A stretch of 64,000 bases of DNA, taken from positions 174,034,001 to 174,098,000 of the forward strand of contig OZ024740.1 of the NCBI GenBank assembly GCA_964016885.1, in the 5' to 3' direction. The notes beneath the pieces were generated by a model. It saw only the letters and a list, made by a program, of their open reading frames with translations. It was not told the origin of the DNA and searched no databases. The position numbers were made by a program, and so were the translations under genes. This document shows, piece by piece, positions 26,202-40,016 of this stretch (positions are counted from its first letter, which is position 1; each line of letters starts with the position of its first letter). The DNA is from Eledone cirrhosa. Taxonomy: Eukaryota.

Positions 26202-26396
26202 ACTGTTTACTTTATAGGTGTGTATGTTAAACAGACTAAACACAGACTGAATACAGACTTGGCTGTCTGAATACGAGTTTAACAACAACTCACCCCCGTT
26301 GTTTTGTCTTCGCTGAGTAAACATTCACTATGTATATGGAAACGTTATTTTGATTAGCCAGTAATGTGGGCGAAACTGAGGCATACAGTGGTTATT

Positions 26397-26468
<72 letters not shown>

Positions 26469-26473
<5 letters not shown>

Positions 26474-26913
26474 AGTATGTATACGTACATACATATATGT
26501 ATACAGACGTACAGTAGTATGTATATACATACATACATGCACACACATATATATGTACGTATGGGTATACCGAACATTTATTATAATGTTCGGTTTGTTT
26601 GTAAACAAACAGCCCGAATTAAGCCGTACAGTGTTCGGCAACCATCGTTGTCCTTTTGTTCAACATTGACAAAGGAACGATGAACTAGTTTCTAGCTTAA
26701 TAGCTGTCATCAGCACCGTATACCTTCCTGTCAGTCGATTGAACGTTTGAAAGTATGTACGGCTTAATTCGGGCTGTTTGTTTACAAACAAACCGAACAT
26801 TATAATAAATGTTCGGTAAACCCATACGTACATATATATATGTGTGCATGTATGTATATACATACTACTGTACGTCTGTATACATATATGTATGTACGTA
26901 TACATACTTATAT
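26469..26913. mobile_element. Inverted-arm element (~160-bp arms) with HHR in the spacer
   Basis: 26469-26630 is near-identical to the reverse complement of 26756-26913. Confidence 0.85.
26677..26719 (-). ncRNA. Type I hammerhead ribozyme
   Basis: ACGGUG-CUGAUGA-c-AGCU(auua)AGCU-a-GAAA-CUAG-UU-CAUCGU. Confidence 0.8.
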
Positions 26914-26962
26914 TTAAGTATCAGCCGTACTAAGAGTGAGAAATGAAATTTCATTTTTTTCC

Positions 26963-27025
<63 letters not shown>

Positions 27026-27177
27026 AGACAAACTGCAACCCCCCCCCATCTCAATGATACATTTGAAAAGCATAAGAACTGTGAAACCGGTAAAGGAAAT
27101 AAATAAATATTCTTAAAAAGACTCCAGTTACATTTTCGATTTCTTTTCCTTACACACACAAACATACATATATATAT

Positions 27178-27596
27178 CTTGGACACTTTAAACCTGGCAG
27201 AACCCATGAAGGAGGGGTGAGGAAGAGGAAGAATCGATCGCTATACTGCAATGGTGCTTTACTTGTCGACATCGAAAGGATGAGAGGCAAAGTTGACCTC
27301 GGCAGGATATGAACTCAGAGAGGGCAGAGAGCCGAAACGAATATGACAATGCATTAGAGTATTCGAGGTTCCGACTCTTTCATATTACCATACTCTACTA
27401 CTCCAAGTATCGAGTACTCTGATATATATGCTTTGTTTCGGCTCTCTGCCCTCTCTGAGTTCATATCTTGCCGAGCTCAACTTTGCCTCTTATCCTTTCG
27501 TGGTCGACAAGTAAAGCACCATTGCAGTAGTGCAGTCGATTCTTTCTCTTCCTTACCACTCTCTCATGGGTTCTGCCAGGTTTGAAGTGCCCAAGA
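27178..27596. repeat. Inverted pair of SINE copies
   Basis: 27178-27340 vs 27435-27596 are reverse complements that share variants not seen in other copies here. Confidence 0.85.
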
Positions 27597-28109
27597 CACA
27601 CCGTATGTCCTGACAGAGTACCCACGACTCAATCAGGAGTATTAAATCGCCCACAATACTTGACTCCAAATAGATGAAAGGCAAAGTTGACATTGGGGAA
27701 ATTTGAACTTCGAACTTAAGGCGTTGTAACAAAATACCGTAAGGCATTTTGTATGACGCTGTATCAATTCTGCCAAGGGAAATAAATCGACTGTTGACAA
27801 CTGAGAATCAGTTTTCTAATTTGATTTCTTTTGTTTGACACAAATTATTTCGATGAATGTTTTTATACAACCAGGTGACAATCGTACCCTACAATGTAGG
27901 TATTTACATGTCTTTCCTACCGAGCAAATAAATAAAAATTATAAAAACAAAACAGGAAATACAAACGCACAAAAAATTTATAAAGAATTCTAGAATATAT
28001 TTCAGAACTGATATAGTGTGAATTAAATGGGGCAAATATTCTTTCAGCTTATGTGGCATTCGTGCTGCAACGGCTTACTTACTTAGTATTAATTTCTATA
28101 TTTTAGGTC

Positions 28110-28196
<87 letters not shown>

Positions 28197-28198
<2 letters not shown>

Positions 28199-28597
28199 CT
28201 ATAGGTTTGTTGGTTCACCATTTTTTCGCGGCATTTTCTAGCATGAATGTAGTTTGACCCTTACACTACACTTCTTTCTCCCTTTCTTTCTTCCCCTTCT
28301 TCTTTGACGGAGTGGTGGTAGTGCATTATAAGCCTTCGCCCCCTCACCAGATATTCATTAGTAGCTTCAGTTGCCAACACTTTGAGGGCAACTGGCCGAG
28401 AAGCTAGTTCGTCAGTCGTCCTCTCTGTCTCTGTCTCTGATTTTTCGGACCCATGGTTTTTTTTTACATATTCCTTTGTTATATTCCAATACCTGATGAT
28501 ATCACCGGATTCACATGGAACCCGTTCATTGAAATGATCATAGTATAATAAACCTTCCAAGGATTTACACCAGTCCAGCCTCCTGTTATTTTATTTC

Positions 28598-28600
<3 letters not shown>
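28197..28600 (+). mobile_element. Short non-coding HHR-bearing element between (TA)n tracts
   Basis: TA tracts on both sides; related copy at 17391-17575. Confidence 0.75.
28489..28546 (+). ncRNA. Type I hammerhead ribozyme (stem II decayed)
   Basis: AUAC-CUGAUGA-...-GAAA-UGAUCA-UA-GUAU; stem II pairs better in the 17481 copy (accgg/ccggu). Confidence 0.7.
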
Positions 28601-28647
<47 letters not shown>

Positions 28648-29461
28648 ATTAGGTGTTCTAAGAAAAGAACAGTATTACTATTGGGTTAGAATATATAGGT
28701 TATGCTAGAATATAATATATAGCAGGTGTTCCTAAAGAAAGAAGATTGTAACTATTTTGGCATAATGAGCAAGCAGCAATACTGTGTTTCACATATATTA
28801 GTTAATGACCGAAATGTTTTTGCTTTCTACTAAAATAGATGTTCTTCACGCTACATAAAATTAACAATTTGCCAATCCTAATGTTTGCGGTTGTTATGTT
28901 TTCACTGTAACATTACAAAGACCCCCCCCCCCCCAAAAAAAAAGGATTTCTGGTATAGTCAGAGCTATATAGTGAAACGTTCCATTAAATTAAATACTTT
29001 GCAGTGTTTGTTCCGGCTTGTTGCGCTCTGAATCCTCGGTGAGGTCGATTTTGCCTTTCATCCTTTCGGGGTGGATTAATAATTATCAGTCAAGAGCAGA
29101 TGATTGGCAATACTGTTAAAACATTGGAGAAGATCTCTTGCAGTATCTATTCAAGCTTTCTGTGATCTAAGTTCAAATCCCATCTCCTGTCGCTGGAAAA
29201 ATTGTGATATTATAAGACCGGAGCTTCTTTAATAAAACATCCAAGAAACATCCTGAGATGTCTCATCATAGAAGGACGGCTAAAATTATATAGGTGAGGG
29301 TCGTAAAAAGAACAGTTAGAATTATACAGTTATATTGGGGTCTAAAAATTTGTTGGTAAATGAATGATTCAAATACTACTACTACTACTATGAGGGTGAC
29401 CACTACTACCACCACCATCACCACCACCACTGTGTATTTGGAAAAAATATTTCAAATAGAA

Positions 29462-29712
29462 TAATTGTTTCTACATTTGGCACAATTGGTGAAAGGCAAA
29501 GTTAACTTCGGCGAAATTTGAACTCAGAACGTAAAGGGACGTAACTATGCTAGAAAGCATGGCGTCCGATCCTCTACCGATATTGCCAATAGAATAATTG
29601 TTTCTACTTTTGGCACAAGGCCAGCAATAACCCAGTGTATTACTGGTACTTTATTTTATCGACCCCGTAAGGATGAAAGGCAAAGTTAACCTCGGCGGGA
29701 TTTGAACTGCCA
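29462..29712 (-). mobile_element. Two tandem SINE fragments
   Basis: gaaaggcaaagttaac..cggc..atttgaact occurs twice. Confidence 0.7.
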
Positions 29713-32601
29713 ATAACTGCCAATAAGAAAATACTCAAGATGAGAGCGATAGAACCTAAATATATCATGTTATTATTTCACTGGTTTAAGATATTAGACT
29801 GCGGTCATGCTAGTTCATCGCCTTAAGAGAAAAAAAAAAGTAAACGTTTATCGATTTTCATTTGGGTTATTTCGCCTCGCTTAGTCCTTATACCTTTCAT
29901 TTCTGGCTATAGCTAATAATTTAGGAACGTACAGACGTTTTCAGACCGACCTTGTTATTGACACACTGCGTGGTTTATGACAAAGCAAACCGTTAAGGAT
30001 TACCACGCATATTTCATTTTCAAATAATTCTTAATCAAGTTTCTATAGGTTTTAACGAAATTTTGTTTAAAAAGAAACCATTTGTTAAACTATCATTCAC
30101 GAACAAAACTTGTCCGGCGAATGAGCCACTTAATCGTAAAATATACATTTGTATTTGTTAAGTGTGAATATCCCAATATGATATCTCTCACCATATCAAC
30201 GGCGATAGATTTTAGGCTTAATGGACTAATTGTCAGTATTAATGTAATCCCAGGTTTATCGTCAAATTCATAAAGGTGAAAATATATGGCATCCGGTGTT
30301 TCCGAAACACTTTCTTACTTATTGTGATGCGGTTAGAGATGGCTCTCTGCAAGAACGAGCCCACTAAATCTGGGGTAATGTATTTGACATTCCGTTCACC
30401 GTGACAACATCCATCTGTTGTTTTGCAACGGACATAAAAGTAAGGAAGGGGTGATTATTAACACATTACTAGAGGTTTACGAGTCGTTATGTATAAATTA
30501 CTTGAACATGTACTAGTAGTGTACTGAAATCATCGTCGCATCCTACTAGTTTGAACAATACCATGGCCTTCCTCTACTAATAGTGCCTCCTTACACACCA
30601 GAAAATACCACCTCTCTCGCCGAGAGAGGATAGCGAATGAAGTTCAAAATTTCTGTGACATTCTATTTTTTTTCGGATTGCGCAAAGGTCGTGTTTAACA
30701 CTTGAATTTAAAGACAACTTTCATGTAAATGTTTGCATAAATATAATTGCATAAATTCATGACTAAACATAACATCTGCGCAGGGTTTATCCAATACCGT
30801 CAGTCACATTTATCATTTAATATTTGCATGCATCTTATCAATTGTTCTTCGGGATAGAAAAACGAAGATGCAATCATGCTTATAAATTTCGTAGTAATTT
30901 CGTGAAAATTCTACGGATTTTCTATTCATAAAATATTCGGAACCACACAAACCAACTATTTCTTCGACTGAAAATGGTATGAGTAGTTGTTCAGGATTCA
31001 TTTGGGTTGTAGCAAAACAAAGAAAATTTGTGATAGCAGTGAATTGTTGGTCTCCCGTCGAGAAAGCTTTCAAAATTAGTCATTTTCTAAACACAACTTC
31101 GACATTGTCTATATTTGAATCATAAATCTCTTATATTATATTGCTCATATTGAAAGTTTTTTTGTCTTCTATGGGTTTCTTTTAATTACAAATTGTCACA
31201 GCACCTTGCTGAGTTTATCGTTTCGTTTTTATATTTATATCCAAAGAGATATTTAACTATTATCAAGTCCACATGGAACAGCCTAAACCCTAGAACATTA
31301 ATTTCCTTTACAACAACAGTGTTCAAAAGGATATCCATGCATTTATACACAGATATAATATATTTCAGAGGGGAATTCAGAGTGACATTGTACTCTGTCA
31401 AAGTCCAGCACATTACACTCTCAAAAGATCTTGTCACCTAGTTATAAATCACAAGTATTGATAACCTATATGTGGAAGCAGCATGACCGAATGATGAAGT
31501 TTGATTCACAAAGTTTCAAGCTCTGTATAGCATTTTCGACAAGTGTTTTTTATCATAGATTCGGGTCGACCCAAAACTTATGAATTTGGATCGACGGAAA
31601 TTGTTTGGAAGCTCATCGTATAGATTGTACCAGTAATTCAAATGGTCAGTCATGTCACATACTGTGTCAGACTGAATCTCCCAGGAATTACGTTAAAAGC
31701 ATGACTGTTGACTACTCAGCAACTCCCACATTAATTTACTGAGTGGGCCGTTCGGTGGACCGAACAACTAGAACATTAATCGTCGAGACTGACGGAGGTT
31801 CATTAGTTATTATCAATAGCCGATGTAAAGAGGGATAGCTCTACATAATTAAGCAATGATTCCTTAGCTCGCGGCGACGTGCTGTAGTTTCGCTATTGGC
31901 CAGTAGAAAGCAACTGGAATAACGCTTCCATATTGAACTTGTTGAAAGCAGGAGTTCACAGTTGTTTCTGTCAGCTTTGAAAATAGAACTAATCTGCAGT
32001 TCTGTTTAGTGATGCATGTAATGTATGCTATACAATAATCTCACGTTATATCCATCACATACAAATTTTCACAATACGTTACTCACATACAAGAAATTCC
32101 ACAGGGAATGCGATAGATTATATTGTTTGACACGTGACTAAAGACATCCATCGGGATTTTCTTACTACAATATCTGAAGTTGATATTGATTAATATCTTT
32201 AAAATACCTTGAAAATATGCGGGGAAATCAATAAATTCAGTTTCTCAAAATTCCAAAAGATAAAAAATCTGTGTACATGATTTCATCTAAAAATATGTAC
32301 TGTATAATTTATATTGCCACATTGCGGTCAGTCTAATAAGCCAATAACGGAGCCTCTGTATGGTTTGTCAACCTGTGATAAAATAATAGCAAAATTTCCC
32401 TCAAATTCCATCCTACCGTCTTAAAACTAAACTAGAGTAACAACTGGAACGCCTCTGATTATTAGGTCTATCATCATAGAGTTAACCCAACAACAATAAC
32501 ATTTAGTTTAGATTTTACTATATTAAAATTGATTTCTAACATCGGTGAATTGCCTCAAATATTGAGAGAGAGAGAGAGAGAGAGAGAGTGAGAGAGTACA
32601 C

Positions 32602-32797
32602 CAGACCTGTCAACTCTCTCCGTCCGAAAGGGAGACCTCCCACCCACTTTGGGGTGGGTGAGAGATGTCTTCTCTTGTGAAAATAGGTATAGCTTTCATT
32701 ATGTAAAATCTCCCAATTTTGCGTCATTTCTCTCCGTTTTGGGGCATTTTTTTTTCATGGTAATCCCCGTTTGGGTTTTTAGGGGTTGACAGGTCTG
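32602..32797. mobile_element. MITE with TIR cagacctgtcaac
   Basis: 13-bp TIRs; a second copy in opposite orientation lies at 33469-33661. Confidence 0.85.
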
Positions 32798-33468
32798 AGT
32801 ATAATCAATTAAGACCATCCCCTCCCAGTTCTTATTTTATCAACCCTGGAAGAATTAAAAGACAAGATCACTATGGTGGCAGGATTCAACATCAGAACGT
32901 TAACAGGCGTAAATAAATACTAAGGCATTTTGTCTGACGTTCTACCGATTCAGCCAACCTACCGCAATTACTATGATATTAATAGTGCATATTTTAGGGT
33001 AAAGCAGAAACGATGATGATCGGTTATATACCATAATATTTTGTTTTACGTTGTAACCCTAATATCGTGAGTTCAAATTTCATGGATCAATTTTGTCTTT
33101 CATGTGTTTGGTGTCAATAAAGTAATAGGTATCTACTGTTTCGCTACAACAAGCCAATTCTAGGAACAAGATGAACCAGATAGGCGATTTATGTATTATT
33201 GTTGTTCTTTTGTCCCAGGTCAGCTTTGATTATCACCAGACATAGACAACAAGGAAACATTTAGATAGTTGCTCGAACTCGTTGGATAATGTTTACCTGG
33301 GTTCGCTGTACATAGGAAAAAACATAAGATAGTCAATGGGATGCCATTGATCATAGGCCTGCTTGATCAGGGTTGGTCTGGGATTAAACAACAACAATAA
33401 TAACAATAGTAAACGAAATGACCACGTCCACAATGCTATTACCATATTCGTAACCGGCATCACATTCA

Positions 33469-33661
33469 CAGACCTGCCAACCTCTAAAAACCCAAACGAG
33501 GAGTACCATGAAAAAAGTGCCCCAAACGGGGAGAAATGAGGCAAAATGGGGAAATTTTACACAATGAAAGCTATACCCATTTTCACAAGAGAAAACATCT
33601 GTCACCCACCCCAAAGTGTGTGGGAGATCTCCCCGTCGGACGGAGAGAGTTGACAGGTCTG
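33469..33661. mobile_element. MITE, inverted copy of 32602-32797
   Basis: cagacctgccaac ... gttgacaggtctg; interior homologous. Confidence 0.85.
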
Positions 33662-34631
33662 CATTTACCATCAACACCGCCGCCGTCGCTGTCGGCTCTA
33701 CCATCACTACAGCAGTCTCTTACTCCAAATACCACTATCACCATGTCATCCCCATCTTCACTACCCTATCATCACGTTAGACACTGTCACGGTTAACACT
33801 ATCATTACAACAGTTTCCACCACCAAAATCACATGACCACAATACTATCACCACCCTTACCACAACCATCACCATCTACTAACACTGATACCATTGCCAC
33901 TATATCACCCTCACCAACCTCATCAACTTCATCATTACCCCCCTCCCCCGCCACTATAATAACCAACACCATCACCATCATCACTATCAACCAACTCTGC
34001 CAACATCACCACTACTCTCCCACGACCGCTACAAAGCCACCACTATTATCATGATGACTCAATCAAAAATTCCATTTACAAATCACCTGCCTCTTCATGT
34101 ATAATTCTATCCTTATTTGAGGGGATCCATTGTAATATTTATAGGTTACATCATGAGAAATGCTATTTCTAATTCTTAAGGATGTTTTTCTCGTTTCAAT
34201 CGGAAAAGTTTAAAAAACCAACACATAAAAAAGAAAAAATATTAAAAAATCAAAAAATCACCTACACCAGATTATAAATGTCGATAAAACATTAAATTCA
34301 TCGACCTTGCCTTTCGATCTCTTTGACATTGTCGTGGATTTTGTTCTGACGTTCACATTTATTGAATTGAGAGCATAATTTCTTTCTATCGTATGAATAT
34401 CGATTATAAAGCTTTATATTGTAGAAGAGATACAGGAGGAACATATTTAGCGTTAAGAAGTCCTGCTTTCTAAATGTTTCTGTAATACTTTATTTTTAAC
34501 TAAAAGTAAATTGAAATTCGACTGCAGAAGTAAACATTTAACCCATGCTATTGATTCAAGATCTACTTTATTCAAATTTATTATTATTAATAATGATTTT
34601 TTTTTTACAATGGCACCAAACTCCAACATTC

Positions 34632-34715
<84 letters not shown>

Positions 34716-35931
34716 ATTAGAACTACTATAATCGACCTCAGTAGATGCTTTGTATTTAACAAAAAAGATAGAGAAAATGCTGAGGAAGTGGACACATAGA
34801 GGCCAATTGTTGTCGATAAGGTCACTGTCTGTGACGAAAGTACTTTGACAATTAATTAGTTAATTAATCAATTAGTTAAATAATTAATAAAACTGGAGTG
34901 AAACTCAGCTGGTAGATGTGATAGATTGGCATGACCCTTCCAAATAATTTTATTTGATTTTAGTTAATGTTATCAAGATTCGCACTGTAACCTCTGGCTC
35001 ACTGGCACAGTGTCTCCTCCTCTCTGGCCTGACCCGCATTAACATTTCATCTACTCACTCTACCTAACAAATCACCACTCCTGACATACAGACGTATTGT
35101 CTACCCATTCTGTTTAACACACTATGACCCCTGACCGTCAGACACATTGTTTTTTCTCTCTGCTCCACACCCGATAGCCCATGATTCACAGACACACTGT
35201 CACTCAATAAGCTACAACTTCTGATCCACAGACTTATCACGCTCTCCCTACACCATCGAACATACATCACAAACTCTGCCACAAAATTAAAACCCCTGGC
35301 CCATAAACACATTGTCTCCCCACTCTACCCAACACACTACAACCTCTGGTTAACACATGTGCCGAAAACACTTCCTGTAAATTCTATGATTACTATAACC
35401 CACTTTATTCCTCGCTAGTCAGGCCTACTTGATCCGATCCAAGGCTCATCCTGTGTTGCACTCCTAGACATTACATTGGACCTTATGCCAAATCCATCTT
35501 ATCCTTCTCATTAGACTTCTTGAATTCCCACTACACAAACACATTTCCTACAGACTTTCATTTATAAATGTCCTAATTGACCAGAGTGTTTAGGAAGTTC
35601 AAATGCACTTCATGTTTCCTTTCTCCTGATTAAATCATAAAACATATTCTGAATCGATGAAAAACATAGTCGATATGAGTAGTATTTAGATTTCAACCCA
35701 GAATTCGAAGTTCTAACATGTCTATCAATTCATCCCATTAAATAATGTTAATTTATTATGTTGACACAAGTGCATAAATTATATGGTTGAAGTGTGTAGT
35801 CAATATATTTTAACAAGTTCACTGATTCGAGCAAGAAAGGATAAAAACCAAAGACAATTCGAAAGCAGAATGTAAATGAATCTAAGTAAGCCACTAGGAA
35901 TAGTTCAGTTAATATTAGCATATTAAAAATC

Positions 35932-36140
35932 GGCGGTGGATTGATAGAATTTGTAAAAGCCTCGGATAAAATGCTATCATGGTGTATGTTCTGGCTCTTT
36001 ACATTCTGAGTTAAAATCCGTCAAGTTCAACTTTGCCTTTCATCCTTCCGCGGTCGATAAAGTAAAGAAACAGTCACGTTAATTTAACCAGCTTTGCCCT
36101 TCTCCATGTTTTCTGGCCCGGTGCTTAAATTATAAACCAA
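35932..36140 (+). mobile_element. SINE
   Basis: Same core as 3650-3838. Confidence 0.7.
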
Positions 36141-36582
36141 TATTAACATATTTTAATGCTAGGAACATTAAGAAGTAAACTCGGAATAAATATGCAGTAA
36201 GGAAAAAGTAACATTAGCCAATAGTTACTATTAATTATATTCTTTTGGCAAGTACAGAGAAGAACATTGAACACGTTTCATTCTTATTATAACCTCATCA
36301 ACGAAGCCTGGCCTTCAACATATTTGATAAACTAGTGATAAACCACTAAATAATTGTACATTTGTAAAGCATAGGCAGAGACAAATATTCAGAGACAAAT
36401 TACTCTAGGCGCCATTAACATAAACAACAACAATAGTTCAGTTAGTGTGAACACATTTAATACAAAAATCATGAAAAAGTAAATTAGAAAAAATATCAAA
36501 TATAGAAAAAGTGATGCTAATCAAAACTAATATAATTTTAATTAAATATGGGAGGCAACTTCAGACATGATTCATTCTCGCA

Positions 36583-36770
36583 GTGGATTGGCAATATCGG
36601 TAGAGCGTCAGACACCTTGCTTTGCAGCATGGAGTTATGGTCCTTTACGTTCTGAATTCAAATCCTGCCGAGGTTAACTTTGCCCTTCATCCTTTCGGGG
36701 TCGATAAAATAAAGTACCGGTAATGCACTGGGGTAATTGCTGGCCTTGTGGCAAAAGTAGAAACAATTAT
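36583..36770 (+). mobile_element. SINE
   Basis: Same core as 3650-3838. Confidence 0.8.
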
Positions 36771-37378
36771 TATTTCATCAGTGAAACACTTCACAACACT
36801 AGCTGATATAATGATGAAAGAATTACAAAGTAAATATACAAGATTGTACATTGGTTGCCGAAGGAAAATAGTTTTAAATGTTTAACGAAGAGATGATTAG
36901 AAGACGTTATCCATATGATAACTAGTAAATACATTAGTATTAACATAGTATAGCTTATAAGGAATATTATTGTATTCTTTTACTGGTTTTAACCATTAAA
37001 CTGTAGACATCCTGAGGGCATCGCCTTAAAGGAATTTAGTAAACCATACCGAATTCAGTTTTTACTTTTTCATCGAACAACTACGTTACGGGACATAAAC
37101 ATAGTCACAGATATGTATTTAAACACACACACACTAAAATATATGTATATTCTTCTGGTATTATAATTTTATACATTTTTACCAATAGAGAGAGAGAGTC
37201 GGTTTCATTGGAATTTACGCAACATCAACTAGGTAGATATGTATGTATGTCTACATGCATGCATGTGTGTGCAGGTATGGATCTTATTGTATGTATGGAT
37301 GTGTATGGTTTGAGTTATATGTGTACATGTGTGCATGCAGTTATTAGATGCAGAATTTTCGGAATCTATGTATGTATT

Positions 37379-37786
37379 ATGTCAGGTCGCTCTTCAGCGC
37401 TACTAGCAACATGTACACAGTTCAACCTGTGCATGGTCACTTTTTTGTGGAGCGGGAGACTCCTAGTCTTCATTAAGACATCTCTCTAGGAGAAGGTCAC
37501 TCTGATATAAAAACCTGCGACTTCGTTTGATCCAATGGTGTAGACCAGTTCTTCTTTTGGGGTAAATGCATTCGATGTTCAGCGAGTGGGATTGGCTCTG
37601 TGCAAAGCCTTTTCTCACTTTAAAAAGCTTCAAGCACAGGCATCGCTTGATATGTACCATGTTTGTGCGATGCATGGCATTGCTGGCCAAAGGCAAGTCT
37701 CTAGCAGGACTAAAAAGCTACGTCTGTGATGCTCATTCTTAAGTATCAAGCGATGCCATTACTCGAAATCGTGTTGTAGCCATCAT
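37379..37786 (+). mobile_element. Older copy of the RTE-derived non-autonomous element
   Basis: Same ends (atgtcaggtc ... actcgaaa..gccatcat) as the 48492 and 51080 copies; next to (TATG)n. Confidence 0.7.
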
Positions 37787-37789
37787 GTC

Positions 37790-37820
<31 letters not shown>

Positions 37821-38796
37821 TGTATGTATGTATGTATGTATGTATGTATGTATGTATGTATGTATGCATGCATGTATGTATGTACGTACGTATGTATGTA
37901 TGTATGCATGTATGTATGTATGCGTGCATGTATGTATGTTTTCTCTTTCTCTTAATTTCGAGTATATTTTTTTGACCGGCCACCTTCCTGGTGGCAAGGT
38001 TGTAAAAGAAAAGAAATTGTCATCCCTTGAATCGCAAGAATGTTTTGCATGTATGTATGTATGTATGTATGTATGTATGTATGTATGTATGTATGTATGT
38101 ATGTATGTATGTATGTATGTATGTATGTATACGACAGGCTTCTGTAATTTTTGTCTACTAAATTTTACACAAGGTATTGGTCAACTCGAAGCCACAGTAA
38201 CTGGCACTTGCCCAAGTGGCCACGTATTGGGAGTGAACCTGAAAGCAAGTAGTTACGAAGCAAACTCTTTAAACATACAGCCATATCTACGTCTATATAT
38301 TATTTTCTTCAATACAAAGAAGGCGATATGAATCAAGCAAGGTAATGAAATTGTTTGACATTGAAGTCATTCTGAAAGACCAGTTTTCAACACATCAAAA
38401 GTAGTACACTTAATTTATAATACTTTAAGATGTCTAATTAAATCGATTTGTACTATTATCCTCTTTTAATATTATTCTGGAATATTTCGAAACTTTCAGA
38501 ATCTTGAATATTGATTAAACTGCGAACAAAAAAAACAAAAAACAAAAGAAAAATCGTTGTTTGTAGCCAGCGTTCTCCTCCAAACCCCATTCATGAACTT
38601 AGCATCTATTAAACCACAATAATTGATTGTCCAATTTCTATAATTACTTGTTAGTGAGAATACATTCGGAAATGTTACCTGCATCTACAACCTTCTCAAG
38701 GACACATCGATTGCAACGTTACCACTTGGCTAGGAACATCTCACCCTGGAATCATACAAATGGAAAATATTTTAAGATATTGTACTCTTGTATGGT

Positions 38797-39060
38797 ATGG
38801 TGTGGTCCCGTAACTCCCGATTGACATACGGCGTTTCTTTGGGCATTTTAAGCCTGGCGGAGCCCACCCCCTCTTCAGGCCTGAGTACAGCAGATTTCTT
38901 CCAGAGAGAGGAAGAATCGACCCAGTATTAGACTGGTACTTTTTTATCGACCTCGAATGGATGAAAGGCAAATTTGATCTCGGTAGAGAGCAGAGAGCCG
39001 AAAGGAATACCATAAAGCATTTTATCCGACGTTCTAACGACTTTGCCAATTTGCCACCTA
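38797..39060 (-). mobile_element. SINE with tail, as at 3222-3525
   Basis: Direct similarity within the window. Confidence 0.7.
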
Positions 39061-39414
39061 TTGTACTCTTATATAACTGTAAAAGAAGACGGAGTACCCA
39101 CAGTTGGAATTTCGATCACGTGACTGACCAGGAGCTGACATGAGGCTGACCAGAAAATAAGCAAGCCAAAATAGACGAGCACTACATCGTAGAATGTATG
39201 AAAAGCTAAACGGATGGCAACAATCCTATTAGAATATAGTTTAAATACCTTTCTTATGTTTTATTAGCTGCAGGACTATCGCAACAACACAGACTTTCTC
39301 TGTAATATATGTATGCGTATACGTGCGTGTGTGTGTTTGTGGGGGGGGGGGGGGTATGTATATGTATGTATGTATATATATATATATCATCATCATCATT
39401 TTACGTCCGCCTTT

Positions 39415-39482
<68 letters not shown>

Positions 39483-39651
39483 AAGAATTCATATCTAGTA
39501 ACATATATATACATACAGATGCATATCAATGCTAGCAAATATATAGGTTTTGTCTTAATAACAGTGTGGTTCAATATATGGGGTTGCAGAACAATAATAT
39601 AAGAGACATAAAATAAGAAAATTATAAAATTAACTTACTTACTAAAATATC

Positions 39652-39734
39652 ACTTCCAACTAATTAGTTTCTGGAATGGAGTAAATATATTTTCCGAAGA
39701 ATAATATAAAGAAGCATTCCGTCGTCAGGAAAGT
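39652..39734 (-). ncRNA. Type I hammerhead ribozyme (inverted copy)
   Basis: Reverse complement of 39934-40016 with one substitution in loop II. Confidence 0.8.
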
Positions 39735-39933
39735 CTATTCTCATGTAAGTTTCCAGGCAAAGCAAGGACACTGGAAACTGTTCGATTCTTTTTGAATTTG
39801 CCACAGACGTAGAGGCAGTGATTTTCTCAATGGCTTGGAATTCAGTCCACGCTTCGCTATTTTCTATCCACTGAATTATTTTTTAATAAGTTTCCAGTGT
39901 CCACGCTTTGCCTGGAAACTTACATGAGAATAG

Positions 39934-40016
39934 ACTTTCCTGACGACGGAATGCTTCTCTATATTATTCTTCGGAAAATATATTTACTCCATTCCAGAAA
40001 CTAATTAGTTGGAAGT
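39934..40016 (+). ncRNA. Type I hammerhead ribozyme, unit 1
   Basis: ACUUUC-CUGACGA-c-GGAAUG...cUUCGg...CAUUCC-a-GAAA-CUAAUUAG-UU-GGAAGU; predicted cleavage after 40010. Confidence 0.85.

Noticed and set aside
30813-31073. 86-aa ORF in non-repetitive-looking sequence as a host exon
   Set aside because: No recognisable motif; stops on both sides; no clear splice structure.
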